A stretch of 46,593 bases of DNA, from the NCBI GenBank assembly GCA_009602725.1, contig WELB01000001.1, forward strand, positions 217,422 through 264,014, in the 5' to 3' direction. The notes below the pieces were generated by a model. That model worked only from the letters and a program-made list of their open reading frames with translations, was not told the DNA's origin and made no database searches. Shown here piece after piece: positions 1 through 12,582 of this stretch (within the stretch, counting starts at the first letter, position 1; each line of letters begins with the position of its first letter). The translations under genes and the position numbers were made by a program. The stretch is from Spirogloea muscicola. Its lineage: Eukaryota.

Positions 1-456
1 TTATTGAAGCTGTTGTAGTTATAAGCGGATAAGTACAATGGCTGCTTCCACGCTGTCATAGAAGGCATTGTCCTTGTGGATGGAAGTGCTTAGCGTGTTA
101 ATTATTTTGCAAGATGGAGTTGTAAATCCAGCAAGTGTGTGCGTGGGCCTACACTCTTGACACCACCTTGCTGACATCAGTAAACACAGAAGTAGCGCAG
201 ACATCCACAATGGCAATGCCATATTTGAGTAGCTCAAGCTGTTGGCTGTTTATTGTTGGCGATTTTCGGACTGGCAGTGTGCTGCATGATTCCACCATGA
301 GTGTGCTAGCCACGTGCTTAAAGCACGTGGAAAGAATGTTTCATACTTCCTACTGAGGTGTAAGGAGGAATGTTAGAAAAAGTCAATAGTCAGTCATGTG
401 CCCAAATGGGAGAAATGTCCTACTATTCTGGTAGTAGCACCAATGTCGGTTTACAT

Positions 457-3259
457 TTAGGGAGGCGGAAATTGGGTAAGCAACCACGTACGCACATCCT
501 GCCACTCCTTCTCTCCTATGCTATGATTTACCCTGTGCAACACATCCAGCCGTTGGAATAAGCAACTTGCCCTGGTTATAAGCTGTGCGCAAAGCATGAA
601 GCTGATCAAGAATGCAATGTAACTTATGTCCTCCAGCTGCTTGTCATGCCGATTTCAGCAGTGGAGATCAAACAGCGACTTTCCTCTCAACTCACCCTCG
701 ATAGCCTTTGAACTCGGCCTGATGAAATTGGAATGCTTGCAGAGCATGATAGGACAACTCTCCATATTGGTAAGACACAAGCATGTCATCTGCACATACC
801 CACAAGTATCTGAGAAGTACAATCTCGTGTCTTGATGCACATCACATGATGCATCCACTTTGCACACCGTAAGAGTGCCCACTGAAGCCTAGCCAAGTAT
901 GGGCTATCAAGCTGCTGACCTGCCCATGACACAGCAGAACAGGCATTTCTCCTGCTCGCTTTGCTGATTCTTTGGTAACGTTCAAAGCCCTGCACCATTT
1001 GACACATATTGAGCAGGATGGCTGCACTTTGCATGGTTATGAGCAAGCACTGGCTGTTGGTTTTGTAGCATCTTAAGTGGCAGAACATGCAGACATGCAG
1101 CAGGGTGTAACAACATGGGACCTACTTAACGTTTGGCAACCAACCACTCAGGCACACTGCAGCAGAGATTGGTATTGATGACGCATCAGTGCCATTGCTG
1201 AGAGTGCCAGCTGCTTTCCGAGATGCCAGGTACAGAGACAGTGCTCCACCTTGACTGAATCCTCCAACAGCATATCTCACACCTGCATCACAAGCACAAG
1301 CAGAACAGCATGGCTGCGCTATGCAGTCAGCACTGTCTTCACAACGACCTTGGACATTTGCACCTTCTGCAGGACTTTCTGCAGTACTGCTGAGGCAAAA
1401 AGGCAGAAGGCAAGCTGGGAGGACCTACCTGGAGCTAGAGCTTTCTCTGCCTCAAACAGGCTTGATATGTAGGAGGCAGCAGCATCAAGGCCTTGCACAT
1501 CATCTGGAGAGTCTGCTGATAGACCTCTGATATCAAACCCTTCACCAACAGACAAGTGTCAAGACACAAGTCTGTGTGCTTGTCAAGGCTCAAGGTATTC
1601 AGCAATTCCGGCCTCCTCAATGATAAATGGCAGCTTGCGGCTAAGGTATTGTTGAATTGATACTACTTGAAACTTGCAGTGCAAGAGCCCTAGAGCTGGA
1701 TCGAGTGCAAAAGGTGCACTGCTGTGCATCTTGCAAGGTCATGGTCAAGCTCGAGAGAGCTTACAAGCAGGAGATGGAAAGCCTCCATTTAGTGTCACTG
1801 CGCGAATTGGTGCTGAAGGTATCACCCATTTCACCTGCAAGAGTAAGGTACACAAGGCAAGCAGACTCTCAAAGGCGATTCCTGCATCGAGCGCAACATA
1901 TTTTGCATAGCACCTCATCACAAGCAAGGCAAAGTAAGTAGCTTAAGCAGCCTACACTGAAGCAGACATGCCACCTAGTGCGTGCTTTAGATATGCAAGA
2001 GGAAGAAAACCTCCAGTACACCAGGTACCATCAGCGACTGCTATGGGCTACACCAGTAGTATAAACCTTGGGCAGGCAAGCCACAATGCACTTGGTGACA
2101 GCCTGGATGACCACCTACATGAGGAAGAGCTAAAGCTTTGAGCGCTGTTCCCCACCTGCTCCAATGTGGACCAGCACATCATCCAAATTCAGCAATCGCA
2201 GATAGCCATGACAAGACTCTGGTGCATTTTCCTTGTGGTGCAGCGAAGAAGAGGTATACAATATGCCGGTGCAGGGCTAACACCTGTTGCTTACCCTGTG
2301 CCAGTGTCACCAAGTCCATGTAGCCAGATGATTGTGGTGGTGTGCACGCCAAGTGGAGGCACAACTACCGTTGCAGCAGCAGGCGGGCCTGCAAAGGAAG
2401 TCAGGTTTCCAGATGAGATGAGATGAGATGATATACATGCTTAACCTCTACGAAAGCCGTAGCAGCGAGAAACTTGATTGATTACAGTGAGTAGAAAAAA
2501 GCCACACTTCGTGCAGATTCCCTACCATACTGGCTGCAAGGTTTGGACACCAGCCCTGGTGTTTGACATTGATCAAAGCTCTTACCTCAGCTTTGTCTAT
2601 GTGACTACCACAAACAGTGTGTGCAACTCCTGCTTTATGATGTACAACTGATACTGCAAGCTGCATCTTGACGTGCTAGATTCACCATCTTTCTTAGCGC
2701 TCCTTTTCCACAAAGATAGCTGCTGCTGCCAGTATGTTCCAAACAGGAAGCTGACGCATATACCATATTTTATTGCTCTCGTCCCTCCAACAGAGGCAGA
2801 AGCTTCAGCAGCCCTCATGACCTTCTTAGTCTTGTTGCTTTGCCCGGTTTTCAAGCACAAGCTCCGCCCAGACCGCCAGCTGCCGGACGGTCGTGGCTCC
2901 CACTACATCGATCGTCCCAATTTGACAAACCCACAACTTGATTAACATCGGATTGTAGCCAACGAGCGAGCAGGCTTATGCAAACTCAGAGTGCATGATC
3001 GAAGAGAAAGAGATCGTGGGAGATGACGCGTAGGCCAGCTCCTACGAGCGGCTCGTCGTCCCACATGTGCCGCAGCTGAGACGACCCGCCGACCGGTAGC
3101 TCTTACAGCCATCTGGAAGTTAAGCTCGATGCTGATCGCAGCGCTCACCAGGGCGAGGCGTGCCGCGGCCAGCGACGGCGATCGCCCGGCTCGCTCGCCG
3201 GCAGCGAGCACGGCACCGGGCAGGCGCGCGAAGGTCGCGCCGGGGCAGCTGACGGCCAT
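457..3259 (-). CDS. Acyl-protein thioesterase / phospholipase-carboxylesterase family (alpha/beta hydrolase), multi-exon, with an N-terminal extension
   Basis: Spliced exons give TIIWLHGLGDTG, WGTALKALALPH|VKWVIPSAP..VTLNGGFPSPAWFD, GGFSQGG (nucleophile Ser), PVLLCHGQ..DMLV (Asp) and YRGVNHS (His). Stop TAA at 459-457. The start at 3259 is the best guess. One junction (about 920 to 789) is 1 nt out of phase. Confidence 0.88.
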
Positions 3260-3493
3260 GGCCTGGCGAGGTCCGGGAGCCTGGGCGGGGCGGGCGGGGC
3301 GCTCTTGGACCAGCCTCTGTCACGCCCGTGGGGCTAGGCGACTGACGCTGTGCGACTTCGCTTGTTGAAAGTGATTCCGGTTGCTGTTTTGATGGTGTGT
3401 TGAGCCGCGGCGAGCCATCCTCGTTGGCAACTTGCTCGCCGGCACCTTCGGACCTTGTCCACTTTTTTCGTTTGCTCAAGTATCCAATGAATG

Positions 3494-3740
3494 CCGAGCT
3501 TTGGCAGCGGCCTCCGGCTTTCGTCAGTGCGACGTCTTACTCAGACTTGCATCTCCTGACTAGAGATTACTGAAGGAAGCGCGGCCAGATTGACTGGTGG
3601 CTGAGCGTTCCCTGGCTGATGTCTTAGTCTTAGTCCTTCCTTTGGGCTAGTCCTTCGCACTCCGGCTAGTTCAGACCTTGTCCATTCTTTTGGGCTGGCC
3701 TTTCCCAGCCACCAGTCAATTTGGCCGCGCTTTCTTTTTA
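3494..3740 (+). mobile_element. 3' remnant of an RLE-type non-LTR retrotransposon (ORF end, UTR and type-B terminus), containing a 27-nt antisense micro-insertion
   Basis: Translates RALAAASGFRQ...SDLHLLTRDY* (stop 3571-3573), matching the ends of ORFs 26972-28300 and 35798-36691. Followed by ccttgtccattcttttgggctggcctttcccagccaccagtcaatttggccgcgctttctttt. Confidence 0.8.
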
Positions 3741-3844
3741 TTGAATGGCCGTCACAGTAGGTGGACAAGCTGTAGACAACATTGCTTCGTCAGACCAAAA
3801 CAGCCATCGCCCCCCTTCGCAACTGTCTTCTCTCCACGTAAGAA

Positions 3845-3990
3845 GTCAAACGAGAGAGAGAAGGCGCGCGGTGCGCATGAAATTAAAGCGAGGCCAATTC
3901 AAGCCATTACATTGTTCAGGCAGAAAATGCAGAAAGTGCAAAGAATGCAGCGCAAAGAATGTGGCTACATGAAAAGACGCCCTATACTAG
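3845..3990 (-). mobile_element. Isolated type-A retrotransposon 3' terminus
   Basis: gagagaaggcgcgcggtgcgcatgaaattaaagcgaggccaattcaagccattacattgttcaggcag closely matches 28553-28625 and 35664-35735, and the reverse complement of 22845-22912. Confidence 0.8.
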
Positions 3991-3998
3991 GAGGGCCG

Positions 3999-4400
3999 GA
4001 GGTGCCACAGAGCGGGGGGAGCCGTGCTGACGGGGGCCATGTCGACTCGACCGGTACCGCTTGTGGAGCTGCTAGAGGAGGTTGAGGAAGCAGCAATGGC
4101 AGGAGGGAGGGCGGGTGGGGGAAAGGAGGGTTGGAGGTGCCACACAGCGGGGAGAGCCGTGCTGACGGGGGCCATGACGACTCGACCTATACCGCTTGTG
4201 GGGCTGCTAGAGGAGGTTGAGGAAGCAGCAATGGCAGGAGGGATGGCGGGAGGGGCGAGGGAGGGTTGGAGGTGCCACAGAGCGGGGGGAGCCGTGCTGA
4301 CGGGGGCCATGACGACTCGACCTATACCGCTTGTGGGGCTGCAAGAGGAGGTTGAGGAAGCAGCAATGGCAGGGGGGATGGCGGGAGGGGGAGGGAGGGC
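3999..4400. repeat. Tandem repeat, about 3 copies of a 135-bp unit
   Basis: gaggtgccaca(g/c)agcggg...gccgtgctgacgggggccatg recurs at 3999, 4134 and 4269. Confidence 0.92.
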
Positions 4401-4943
4401 CGGTGGTGCCGCGGCCGCCAAGAGTTGGATGGCCGAAGGGACAGAACCTCGCTCGTACTCAGGCCGTCGCTGCCCGTGAAGACAGGAGGCGCTTGGTAGG
4501 GGAGGACGAGCTCGGCTCCCGCCGGGGTAGAGGAGGCCGGGGCGCCCGAGGCCGCCGCCGCGGGGCTTGAAGCGTCGGGAGGAGCAGCTGTCGCTGGCGC
4601 AGGCACGGGGAACTGCTGCCCAGCCGAGGGTGACCGGGGGAACTCGGCAGCGGCGAGGCAACCAGAGGGGCGGGGGCAGGGTCTGGCGCGGCCTTGAGCG
4701 TGGCGCCCGAAGAAGCCCCGGGGCCTGGCGCGGCCATGAGCTCGTCGGCGCCAGCTCGCCAGCCGGCGGCAGCGGGGGGCGAAAGGACCGCCGCCGCCGC
4801 CGCGGCGGCGGCGGCGGCGGCGCGGGGGGCAAGCGCGGGCGCGCCAACGGTCGGGTTGGGGGTGGGCCAGAAAAGAATCCAAACGAGAACGATAATCCAG
4901 TGCAGCTCTTCGACGACAGCCTCGTAGGTTCGGCGGCAGCTCC

Positions 4944-6591
4944 ATGGCGGCCGGCCGTCGCACCGGTGGCGGCGGTTTTGCAAGGCGCCAGTGGGTAACC
5001 GTCCCTCCCGCCACGGGCCTGATAGAGCAGCCCCCCTCAGCGACCACAGCTGCCGTTGAAGTGGCGTTTCTGGACGACGTTGCGCCAGCGGCCGCCGTCA
5101 GGCCCGACCAGCTCGCCAAGCTGCGGGTTTGCACCGGCCGCTACGTGCGCCAGGCTTGCTGCTGCGATTGCTTTGTCAGCTGGCGGAAGGAATACGAAAT
5201 TGGGTCCTTATTTGCACACACTTGCCATATTTTTACGCTGTGGTTCTGTTGGTGCTGCGCCGCAGGAACTCCGTGCCCGCCGTCTCCAGCTAGCGCAGGC
5301 CCAGCCGAAGGAAAATTCAAGCTACGGAAGAGGTTGTCCCATTTCCATGTAACTCGACCACCCACGCCCCTGTTCAATTACTGTGCAGGCTGCCCTCCCT
5401 TCGGCTTGCTTGGAGTCTCACTCCCTCTCTAACTAAGCCCATCAGCAATGTAAAGCCAGACTCCTTGCTCACTGCGTGTAATTCAGTACACAGTAAGTAG
5501 GCAGGAGTATGGCCATTGACCAACATGAAGTGGCACTGTGTCCTGCACGGCTGGCACTTCCGGGCGGGCTTCTTTCAGGTCGTCCGAAAATGTCGAGACA
5601 AGAGTTAGGTCTAACGACAGATGCGCCAACAAGTATATCCTCCAGGAACGAAGACAGCAGATTGGCAGTGCTGCAAGAAGTAAAGTCTCAGCAAAAATTT
5701 TGTGGCATCTCGCATGGCTCCCTTCCAAAACAGGTGAATGTAACCTGAAAGCTTCTTACAACCTTATAGTCATGCTCTTGACTTGTAATAGCTCTTTCCC
5801 CAGTTCTTACAAATACCCATTCAGGTATTGGGAGGCAAACCAATGTGGTTGCCAACTTGTTGCAGTTGGAACTGGAAGAGCGGCTGCAACTAGCAATCAT
5901 CAACAGGGACTATGGTCATGCTCACAAGCTGAGTGAGGAGCTTGGGGAGGAGTCCTCTGATGCACGTGTGCAGAACGCAGTGCAGCAGCTGTCTGGCCGT
6001 CTTATACAGGTCAGTTTCCATCTCAGACATCCTTGTGCTCCATCCACTTCGTTTTGCTCAATCTGCCTAAGGTAGCAGCAATCGGTGGGTGGGACAAGTT
6101 GCGATCTCTTCTGTTTCCTGTCGGACAACTTGAGCACTAAGGTAAGTTTCTCCTATTGTCTTGGGAGAGCTGCCAGAGTAAGGCCTAAGACACAAGATTT
6201 AGCTCCTGGAAAACAAGCTGCTGTTGATGTGATGCATGCGAGCCTATGACTACTTGAGAACCTGACGCGCTGTCCCGCCATTCCTACTTTCTGTGCGTAC
6301 ACAAACAGGATGACAACCAGATTGCATTTGCGCGGAAAAGGCAAAAGTTGCAGTGGAGGTGAGGATGTCAACCAAACCTTCTCAAAAGCATGTCACATTG
6401 ATGGGCACATAATCTACACAGCACTTGCACAGCAGCAATTGCTGCTGTGCAAATGCAAGCTCGCAGATCATGCAGTTGTGCTCTTTGATCTCTTTGGGTT
6501 GATGGTGAGAACATCTGTGCAATACCTGGCAAGTCTTCACATGTGCAGGCAAGGTATTAAACAGCGGTGGGAGAGAAAAGCCAACATGTGA
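4944..6591 (+). CDS. FAM204A: FAM204A-like protein, 6 exons (4944-5126, 5266-5332, 5579-5733, 5866-6009, 6309-6358, 6549-6591)
   Basis: All GT-AG junctions are in phase. LELEERLQLAIINRDYGHAHKLSEEL and the C-terminus RKRQKLQWRQGIKQRWERKANM* resemble the FAM204A motif KKLxWGFEAKxRWETKSNM. Confidence 0.75.
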
Positions 6592-7319
6592 ATCAAAATG
6601 TATCAGCTAGACGAGACACGTCCTTGCCAAGAGCTCAAGACTCCCACAGCTGTCCGGATCAACAGGATACCACTGTCTTCCTTGCGGAACTTATGGCAGG
6701 TCTCTTTGCACAGTGTTCGCGCACTCAAAGGATGCATCTTGTGCAGGTGAGACTTGCAGCATACATCCTTGTCCAGATTTTGCAGACTGTTTGATTACTT
6801 GTACTGCCTTGCATATGCTGGATGCAGTGCACACTGGCACACAGAGTTGGCATGACCATTGCTGCATTGTGACCTTCAATTAGTTGTACTCTTTGAGGCA
6901 GTTGTCGACCGAGAGCAAGCTCCACCAGTTGGAGGCCACATATTGGTGCAGCATGTTGAAGATTACTTCGCTCCAAGGCAGCCTTGCACGGATTTGAATC
7001 TGGAGGAGAGCAAGGGAAGCACGTGAGAAACGCACCAGGTGGAAAAACTGGTGAAGCAATGTGGGCGACTTACGGGTGTAAGGTGCAATAGGTGTGATAT
7101 ATGCGATATCCCAGCGGAGCAGGCGCAGCATGCAGCATCAGCAGGGTTCAGCCTTGGCAAGGGAGGACAGTCCCACCAATGCTAGCGCAGCACGGCCGCC
7201 ACCACTGGCAGTGACCTATGGACATCGACCTGGCCGCCATCCACAGACAGGCGGCGCATCCCCTCCTGGGCCATGTTCCCTGTTAGGCGCGCCCCCGCAT
7301 CTTTGACGCGCCCTCCGCC

Positions 7320-8560
7320 CCGTGATGCAACGCATCGTGACTGATCACCGCGACCGGGCAGCCTTTGACATATTCATCCTCTTCCCTCGCCTGCTGCTGG
7401 GACGCGTGCCCCATGAGGGCCGCAGCCAGGGCCGCCAGCCCCTTTTGGGGTTCATCCACCTCTTTGAGAGCGGGCGTCGGAGGAATGCCAGGGCCAGCAC
7501 GACGCCACAGTGGCAGCGGCTGCAGCAGTTTTCGTGCATGCGACATCGACGGCCCGACAGGGCAGCAGCTATCCGGCTTGCTCCTCGCTTTGGGCACGCC
7601 GGCGAGCTCTTGCAGGCTGTGCAAGCACTGGATGACTCTTCGCTGGCGCCTACGAAGTCTGCGGCCACGGCCATGGAAGCCCTCCACTCCCAGGCACGCG
7701 CATCCTTTACCCCCTGGCTGCTCTCCTTTGAGCGGCAAGAGGAGGTGGTCCTTGACGCTGCTGCCCTCTGCAGGGTACTCCACAGTAGCAGGGCGTGCAG
7801 CAGCAGGCGGCCCCTCCCACATGCTTATGGAGCATCTGCAAGAGCTTTCCTTGAAGGGAGAGGACTCAGGATCCCAGGCGCTGCTACATGTGTATCAGCT
7901 CTTGGAGCGTGACAAGGCGCCTGCAGCCATATGTATGGTATTCTGCTCTACAACCCTACTCGCCATCAAAATGACCCATGGCGGAGTCCGTCCCACTGTA
8001 CTGTATTACCTGGTGGCGCGCACGCTGTGACAGCAACACCTGAGGCAAGCGCAGGCCCACTTAACATCCCCACCAGTATGGCGCTGGGTTGAGAAGCGGC
8101 GGTAAAGCTGTCGTCCACGGGGTCCAAGCGACCTTGGACTTGCACCCAGACTGTTTGGTCTTGGAGCAGATGAACAAAAATGCTTCGAGAGTGTGGAGCG
8201 CCACGTCAATGGTGCCGAGTCATTTGCTCGGGTGTTCTGATTCGTCTCTCAGTCTCGCTCCAGGCCTCTCAGGCGTTTGCCTTGTGTCTGTGGGCAGGCT
8301 GCACTTTGGCTGCTGCTTCTACTTTTGAAGTGGTGACATTTTTCTGGCTGCTAGCTACTCCGACATGTGACAATGGCTTATTGAGCACCCCTTAAAGAGT
8401 AGCCATTCGTTCAGCTGTGTGGATTTTGCTCTTTATGGCCATTCAGACGTTGTCATTTGTGCCCCAACTATATCTTGGGCTGGCCTTTCACAGCCATTGA
8501 CTCGCTTGGGCTAACTTATTTTGGGCTGGCCTAGCAAAGCCAGTTGACAGAGCTTCCTCA
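7320..8560 (+). mobile_element. Old, frameshifted, internally deleted CRE-like non-LTR retrotransposon
   Basis: Fragments across several frames: LLAIKMTHGGVRP (RT N-terminal K..GGVRPI motif), QYGAGLRSGGKAVVHGVQ..HPD.LVL...KNA (QFGVG/D..NAF region), then RLSVSLQASQAFAL..AGCTLAAAS (C-terminal motif). Decayed ttgggctggcc termini at 8476-8545. Confidence 0.7.
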
Positions 8561-9428
8561 TATTTTGCTGCCGGCCTGCTTCTGGAGAGCCTGCTGCCAT
8601 CGCTGCAATGGGCAAGGGGGAGCACAGCAATCCTTCAAGGAGATTCGCGTCCCACCGTCAGAGCCTCAGATGAGCAATGGCCATAAATTTGGATCTGAAC
8701 TCTAGATCAGCTCTATCAGAGCTGTAACGAAGAGCTCCTTCCGACCATGAGCAGAGCGGTCTCAACTCTGTTGCACCAAGTTTTTGCTGGGTCCATCGCC
8801 TTAAAGTTGTGGGATGTCCACGCTTCTTGCGCTCGATGCTTCGAGTGCCACGTCGAAGAGGCAGTTCTGCCATGCGGCGGCACGCGGTGGACCCGGCCAG
8901 GCGTCACTCCATGCTTGGGCGTGCTGGCTATGGCTGTCCATGCTCACTCTGGCGGGCATGGCGGGGCAGCCCCGCGGGCTCCCGTGCCAGGCTCGCCCAC
9001 TTCAAGGCCTGAGCGCTGGCGCTCAGGCGGACGCGCTCAGATAAGCTAGGGCATTGTCCACCGCCGGACTGACGCGGCAGCTAAGCGCGGCCATCGGCGC
9101 TCGGTCACGCTTCAGTGCCGCCACAAGACGGAGGCAGCTGAGGAGGCAGCGCAAAAGGGCTGACCTTCCCATCGCCCTTTAGTGCCTTAAAATGCTTCAT
9201 TAGCCGCGGCTAGGTCTGGCGCCTTGCTATTGAGGTGTTACTGGATGGTATATGCCGCCGACACGTTGAGCTCCGGATAGCCAAGGGGCGAGCAGACGCT
9301 CTAGTGTTGCCCTCAACTCACACCTTTCTCACGCCTTCTCGCGAGGCCTCCACTGAGCGCCTGACCAAGTGTGGCTGATGAGCCTTCTCATAGCCTGAGT
9401 GTTCTGAGTACCCAAGCGCACTCTCCCA

Positions 9429-11000
9429 ATGGGCAACCCCCTCAGCAAACCAGCGAAGACTGTAGGTAGAGCTATCACCGACTCTGCTGACCAGCTCGAT
9501 GGAACAGCCTCACGGGCCGCTGGTAAGGCTGTCTGCTTGCTTTAATTCTGAGAGGTTGCCCTAGTCAGCAAACCAAGTAAATATACACTGCCTCCACCTT
9601 TGGCTCCCTAGTCAACTTGACGATACATCTACTACTCACACGAGCTGCTCTCACTGTGCAGATCAATTCGAGGAGTCAGCGGGAGCAGCAAAAGAAGCGG
9701 CAAAGTCGGCTCAGAATGTTTTCACCAAGGTTGGCGATGCAAGCGATGCCTACAAAGAACTAGCGCCGACTGCAGACAAAACACTGCACTCGTTTGATGC
9801 CACAAGCGAGGTAGTAAAACGGAACATTCCAGCCTTGGCGCAAAGCTGTCAGGTAATTGATTTGGCAAAGCCTGCTTTTGCTTGTTAAGTCAAGTGCTGC
9901 TTGCTACATCATTGGCAAGCTTGGTCCGACATACAGGCTGTGCTCATGCCAGGCAAAAACTGCTGATTGAAGCAATGGAAAACCGTAAGTCTCCCGACTT
10001 GTATAGTCCTTGCCTTGGACGAACTTTCACCTCCGATTAATCAGTGCTTCTTGACTATTCGCTGTGTTTGTCTTCAGGGTGCAGCTGGAGCAACTGTTGT
10101 AGGCGCTGCAGCTCTGGCTAGTACAGCTCAGAGTTCGAATGCAATTGCTGGGAACTCTACAAGAATGGCTGCAACGAAAGAGGCCAGCCTAGTCATCCGA
10201 GCAGCTGATGGAGTCCCCGACAGAGCACGCGGGTTTCTCAAGGATTTGAAGTCAAATCAGCATGGTGTATTCATCCCTGCCACTGAAATTGCATATTTAA
10301 TGTGCTGCAATGACTTCACCATAGAAGAGCAAAAGCGTCACTTGGCAAGGTAAGTTGCACTATCTCAAGAATGGCACACCTCCACCTCCTTGAATGCCAT
10401 TTCAATCATTCGCGCTGTCTATCCGACATAATGCTTTACCCAGCAGTCCTGGCTCGCTTCTCCTTCTAATTTAAGGATTTTGCAGTGATACAGTCCAGCT
10501 GACTTTTCAAGACAAGCTCCAGTGACGCTTTTTCGTCGTCAGGCTGGGCCCTGGAGGCATTGAAGAGGTGAATTGTTGAAAAAGTGTGTCTTGTGCTGCA
10601 GGACACTAATTGATGCAATAGAGAAGGTCAAGAATATGCGCCGGAAAGGTGTGCTGCAAAAAGAGGTAGAGGTTGTCTACTATCGCGACGCCATTATTCC
10701 TACCTGTGTTGGATACAGTATTTGGATGCCGGAGGGAATGGGTCGCTTTATCATACGTGGCAGCACTGACTTGCATGGACACCCTTACATCCAGTTGAAG
10801 GGCGTGTACTGTGACCTGGACAGTAATTATGCACCAATGGGGAAGATTATGAATCTAGGATGGCAACCTCAACATGTTGCACTGGAGGTAGTCCATTACT
10901 TGCTTACCTTGGTTGCGGTACACATACACAGAAGTGTAGTTATTTGGATCAGGTGTCTATCAGTCGCTCGGTTCAAGAATGCAGAGATGAAGAAACCTGA
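9429..11000 (+). CDS. Protein of unknown function with an N-terminal MGNPLSK motif; exons 9429-9522, 9662-9852, 10078-10349, 10602-10887, last exon uncertain (10953-11000)
   Basis: Four stop-free exons joined by canonical GT-AG introns with mutually consistent phases (1, 0, 2). No family recognised. Confidence 0.65.
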
Positions 11001-12018
11001 ACTCCTCAAGGAACATACATTTACCTGACCGTCCAGCATCTGTTTGTCATACTTTTGTGAAGGAAGCATTGTGGCCTGTAGCTGAAGGCATACATGGTAC
11101 ATTGGAAAGAGACTCTATGGGCACAGGGTTGAGGTCAAATGCCAGTTCCGGCCTGACATTGTACTCTGGGCTTGTATATCGCCTACTTGGAGGTGCCTTG
11201 ACATCACGTTTCATGAGGTTGTTGGGCACAGGGTTGATGAAGTTTACAAGCAGGACTTACCATGGTCCTCTACTTCCAGGATATGGCATTAATATAACAG
11301 TGACAACTGTGTTGGGTTGTTATTGGTGGTCGTGCAATTATTATTTGGTGTCAGAAGGCAAAGACAAGCAGGGGAACAGAGGGCTGTTCCATGGTGGTGA
11401 TCCTTTACCAGAATGCATACCAAATTAAGTGCGAGCTGAGCCACCAAGATTAGTGAGGATTATGATGCATAATGAACCAGCTGAGCTGGGAAACCACTGA
11501 CTCCGCCCAGTGGTTAGTAGAACTGCTCGTCGTGTAATGAGCGCACCAGTACATCGGGTCTATTTATTCTGAAGCCCAAATACTCTGAAAATTATTGAGG
11601 CGAGCGATCCTGCGTGCATGTCCTCGCTATTGCTGCTATCCACCCTGGGTTGAGCTGAGCCTACATAAATTCTGATCTGTCTGCCGCCATGAGCTGAGTT
11701 GCGTCGGTACCGCCGAGACAAGGTGGAGCCGCAGGTCCTTGAAGAGGGATACGGCAAGCTGAGTACTTTTCGGTTGGGAGAGAGAAGAAGTGGCGGTGAC
11801 GGCTCTTGAAGGCAATCGGGAGATGCAATGCAAAGTGTAGCTAGCTCTGAAAAGCATTAAGATTGGGCCCACTTGGCTGCTCGCAGCCCGTCTTCACTCC
11901 TAAGCAAGCATGCATGCTAGACAATCTGGAGATGCAAGGCGACAGAGCTGCTTATGGGGATGCTGTGAATCCTAGCAAGTTCAGGTTTGTCAACCGACCT
12001 CTGGGGAGAATGCTCTAA

Positions 12019-12260
12019 TCAGTAGCTATGGGTGAGGAGCCTCAAATCCGACAGACTAGCTGCCGGAAAAGAATACCCCTGACGATAGCCAGAGGCTGCA
12101 GCGAGAGCACGGCCAGCACCCAGATGCAAGGCGAGGGCCATGGACCGCTGGAGGGAGATTGAGAGACGCATACGAGAGACCTGGGCCCACGAGCCAGCGG
12201 CGTCGAAGTCATGGCTGTGATTGGCCACCCCGAAATAAGAATGGACGAAGTGTAAGAAAG
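12019..12260 (-). mobile_element. 3' ORF remnant of an RLE-type non-LTR retrotransposon
   Basis: RMRLSISLQRSMALALHLGAGRALAAASGYRQG..SLSDLRLLTHSY* is homologous to the C-terminus of ORF 35798-36691. Confidence 0.82.
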
Positions 12261-12582
12261 GTGACAGCCGGAGGTGATCAGAGGGAGGGGTGCTCTCAAA
12301 CCCCTGAAAGCGACCGGGCGGGCGGGCCAAGTGGCAGGCAGGCCGGGCGCGGGGGGCTGTCCGGCAGGGAGGCGCCACGTCGGCCGAGGTTGGAAGGGAA
12401 GGGGGGGCGTGGGCGAAGATTCCCCTGCCTCGGCCCGGCGCCTCATTCCCACCGCCGGGCGGCTCGAAGCGCCTCTCCGCCACCGTCCGCTACCGTCTCG
12501 AGCTCCCTTCCGGCCCAATGGCGGGAAGTGAGGCCAGAATCGCCGCGCCCGACGGGGTGAATGGAGCGTGTATTGAGGAGTG

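Noticed and set aside
3987..5134. Long overlapping Pro/Arg/Ala-rich ORFs on both strands (also at 12646-13422, 22995-24237 and 40577-41490)
   Set aside because: Expected from stop-poor GC-rich DNA. No recognisable domains, and the spliced models explain the real coding parts.
11057..11428. 123-aa ORF as the last exon of the orphan gene
   Set aside because: The nearest acceptor (ctgtag at about 11081) does not join this frame in phase 0. Left unresolved.
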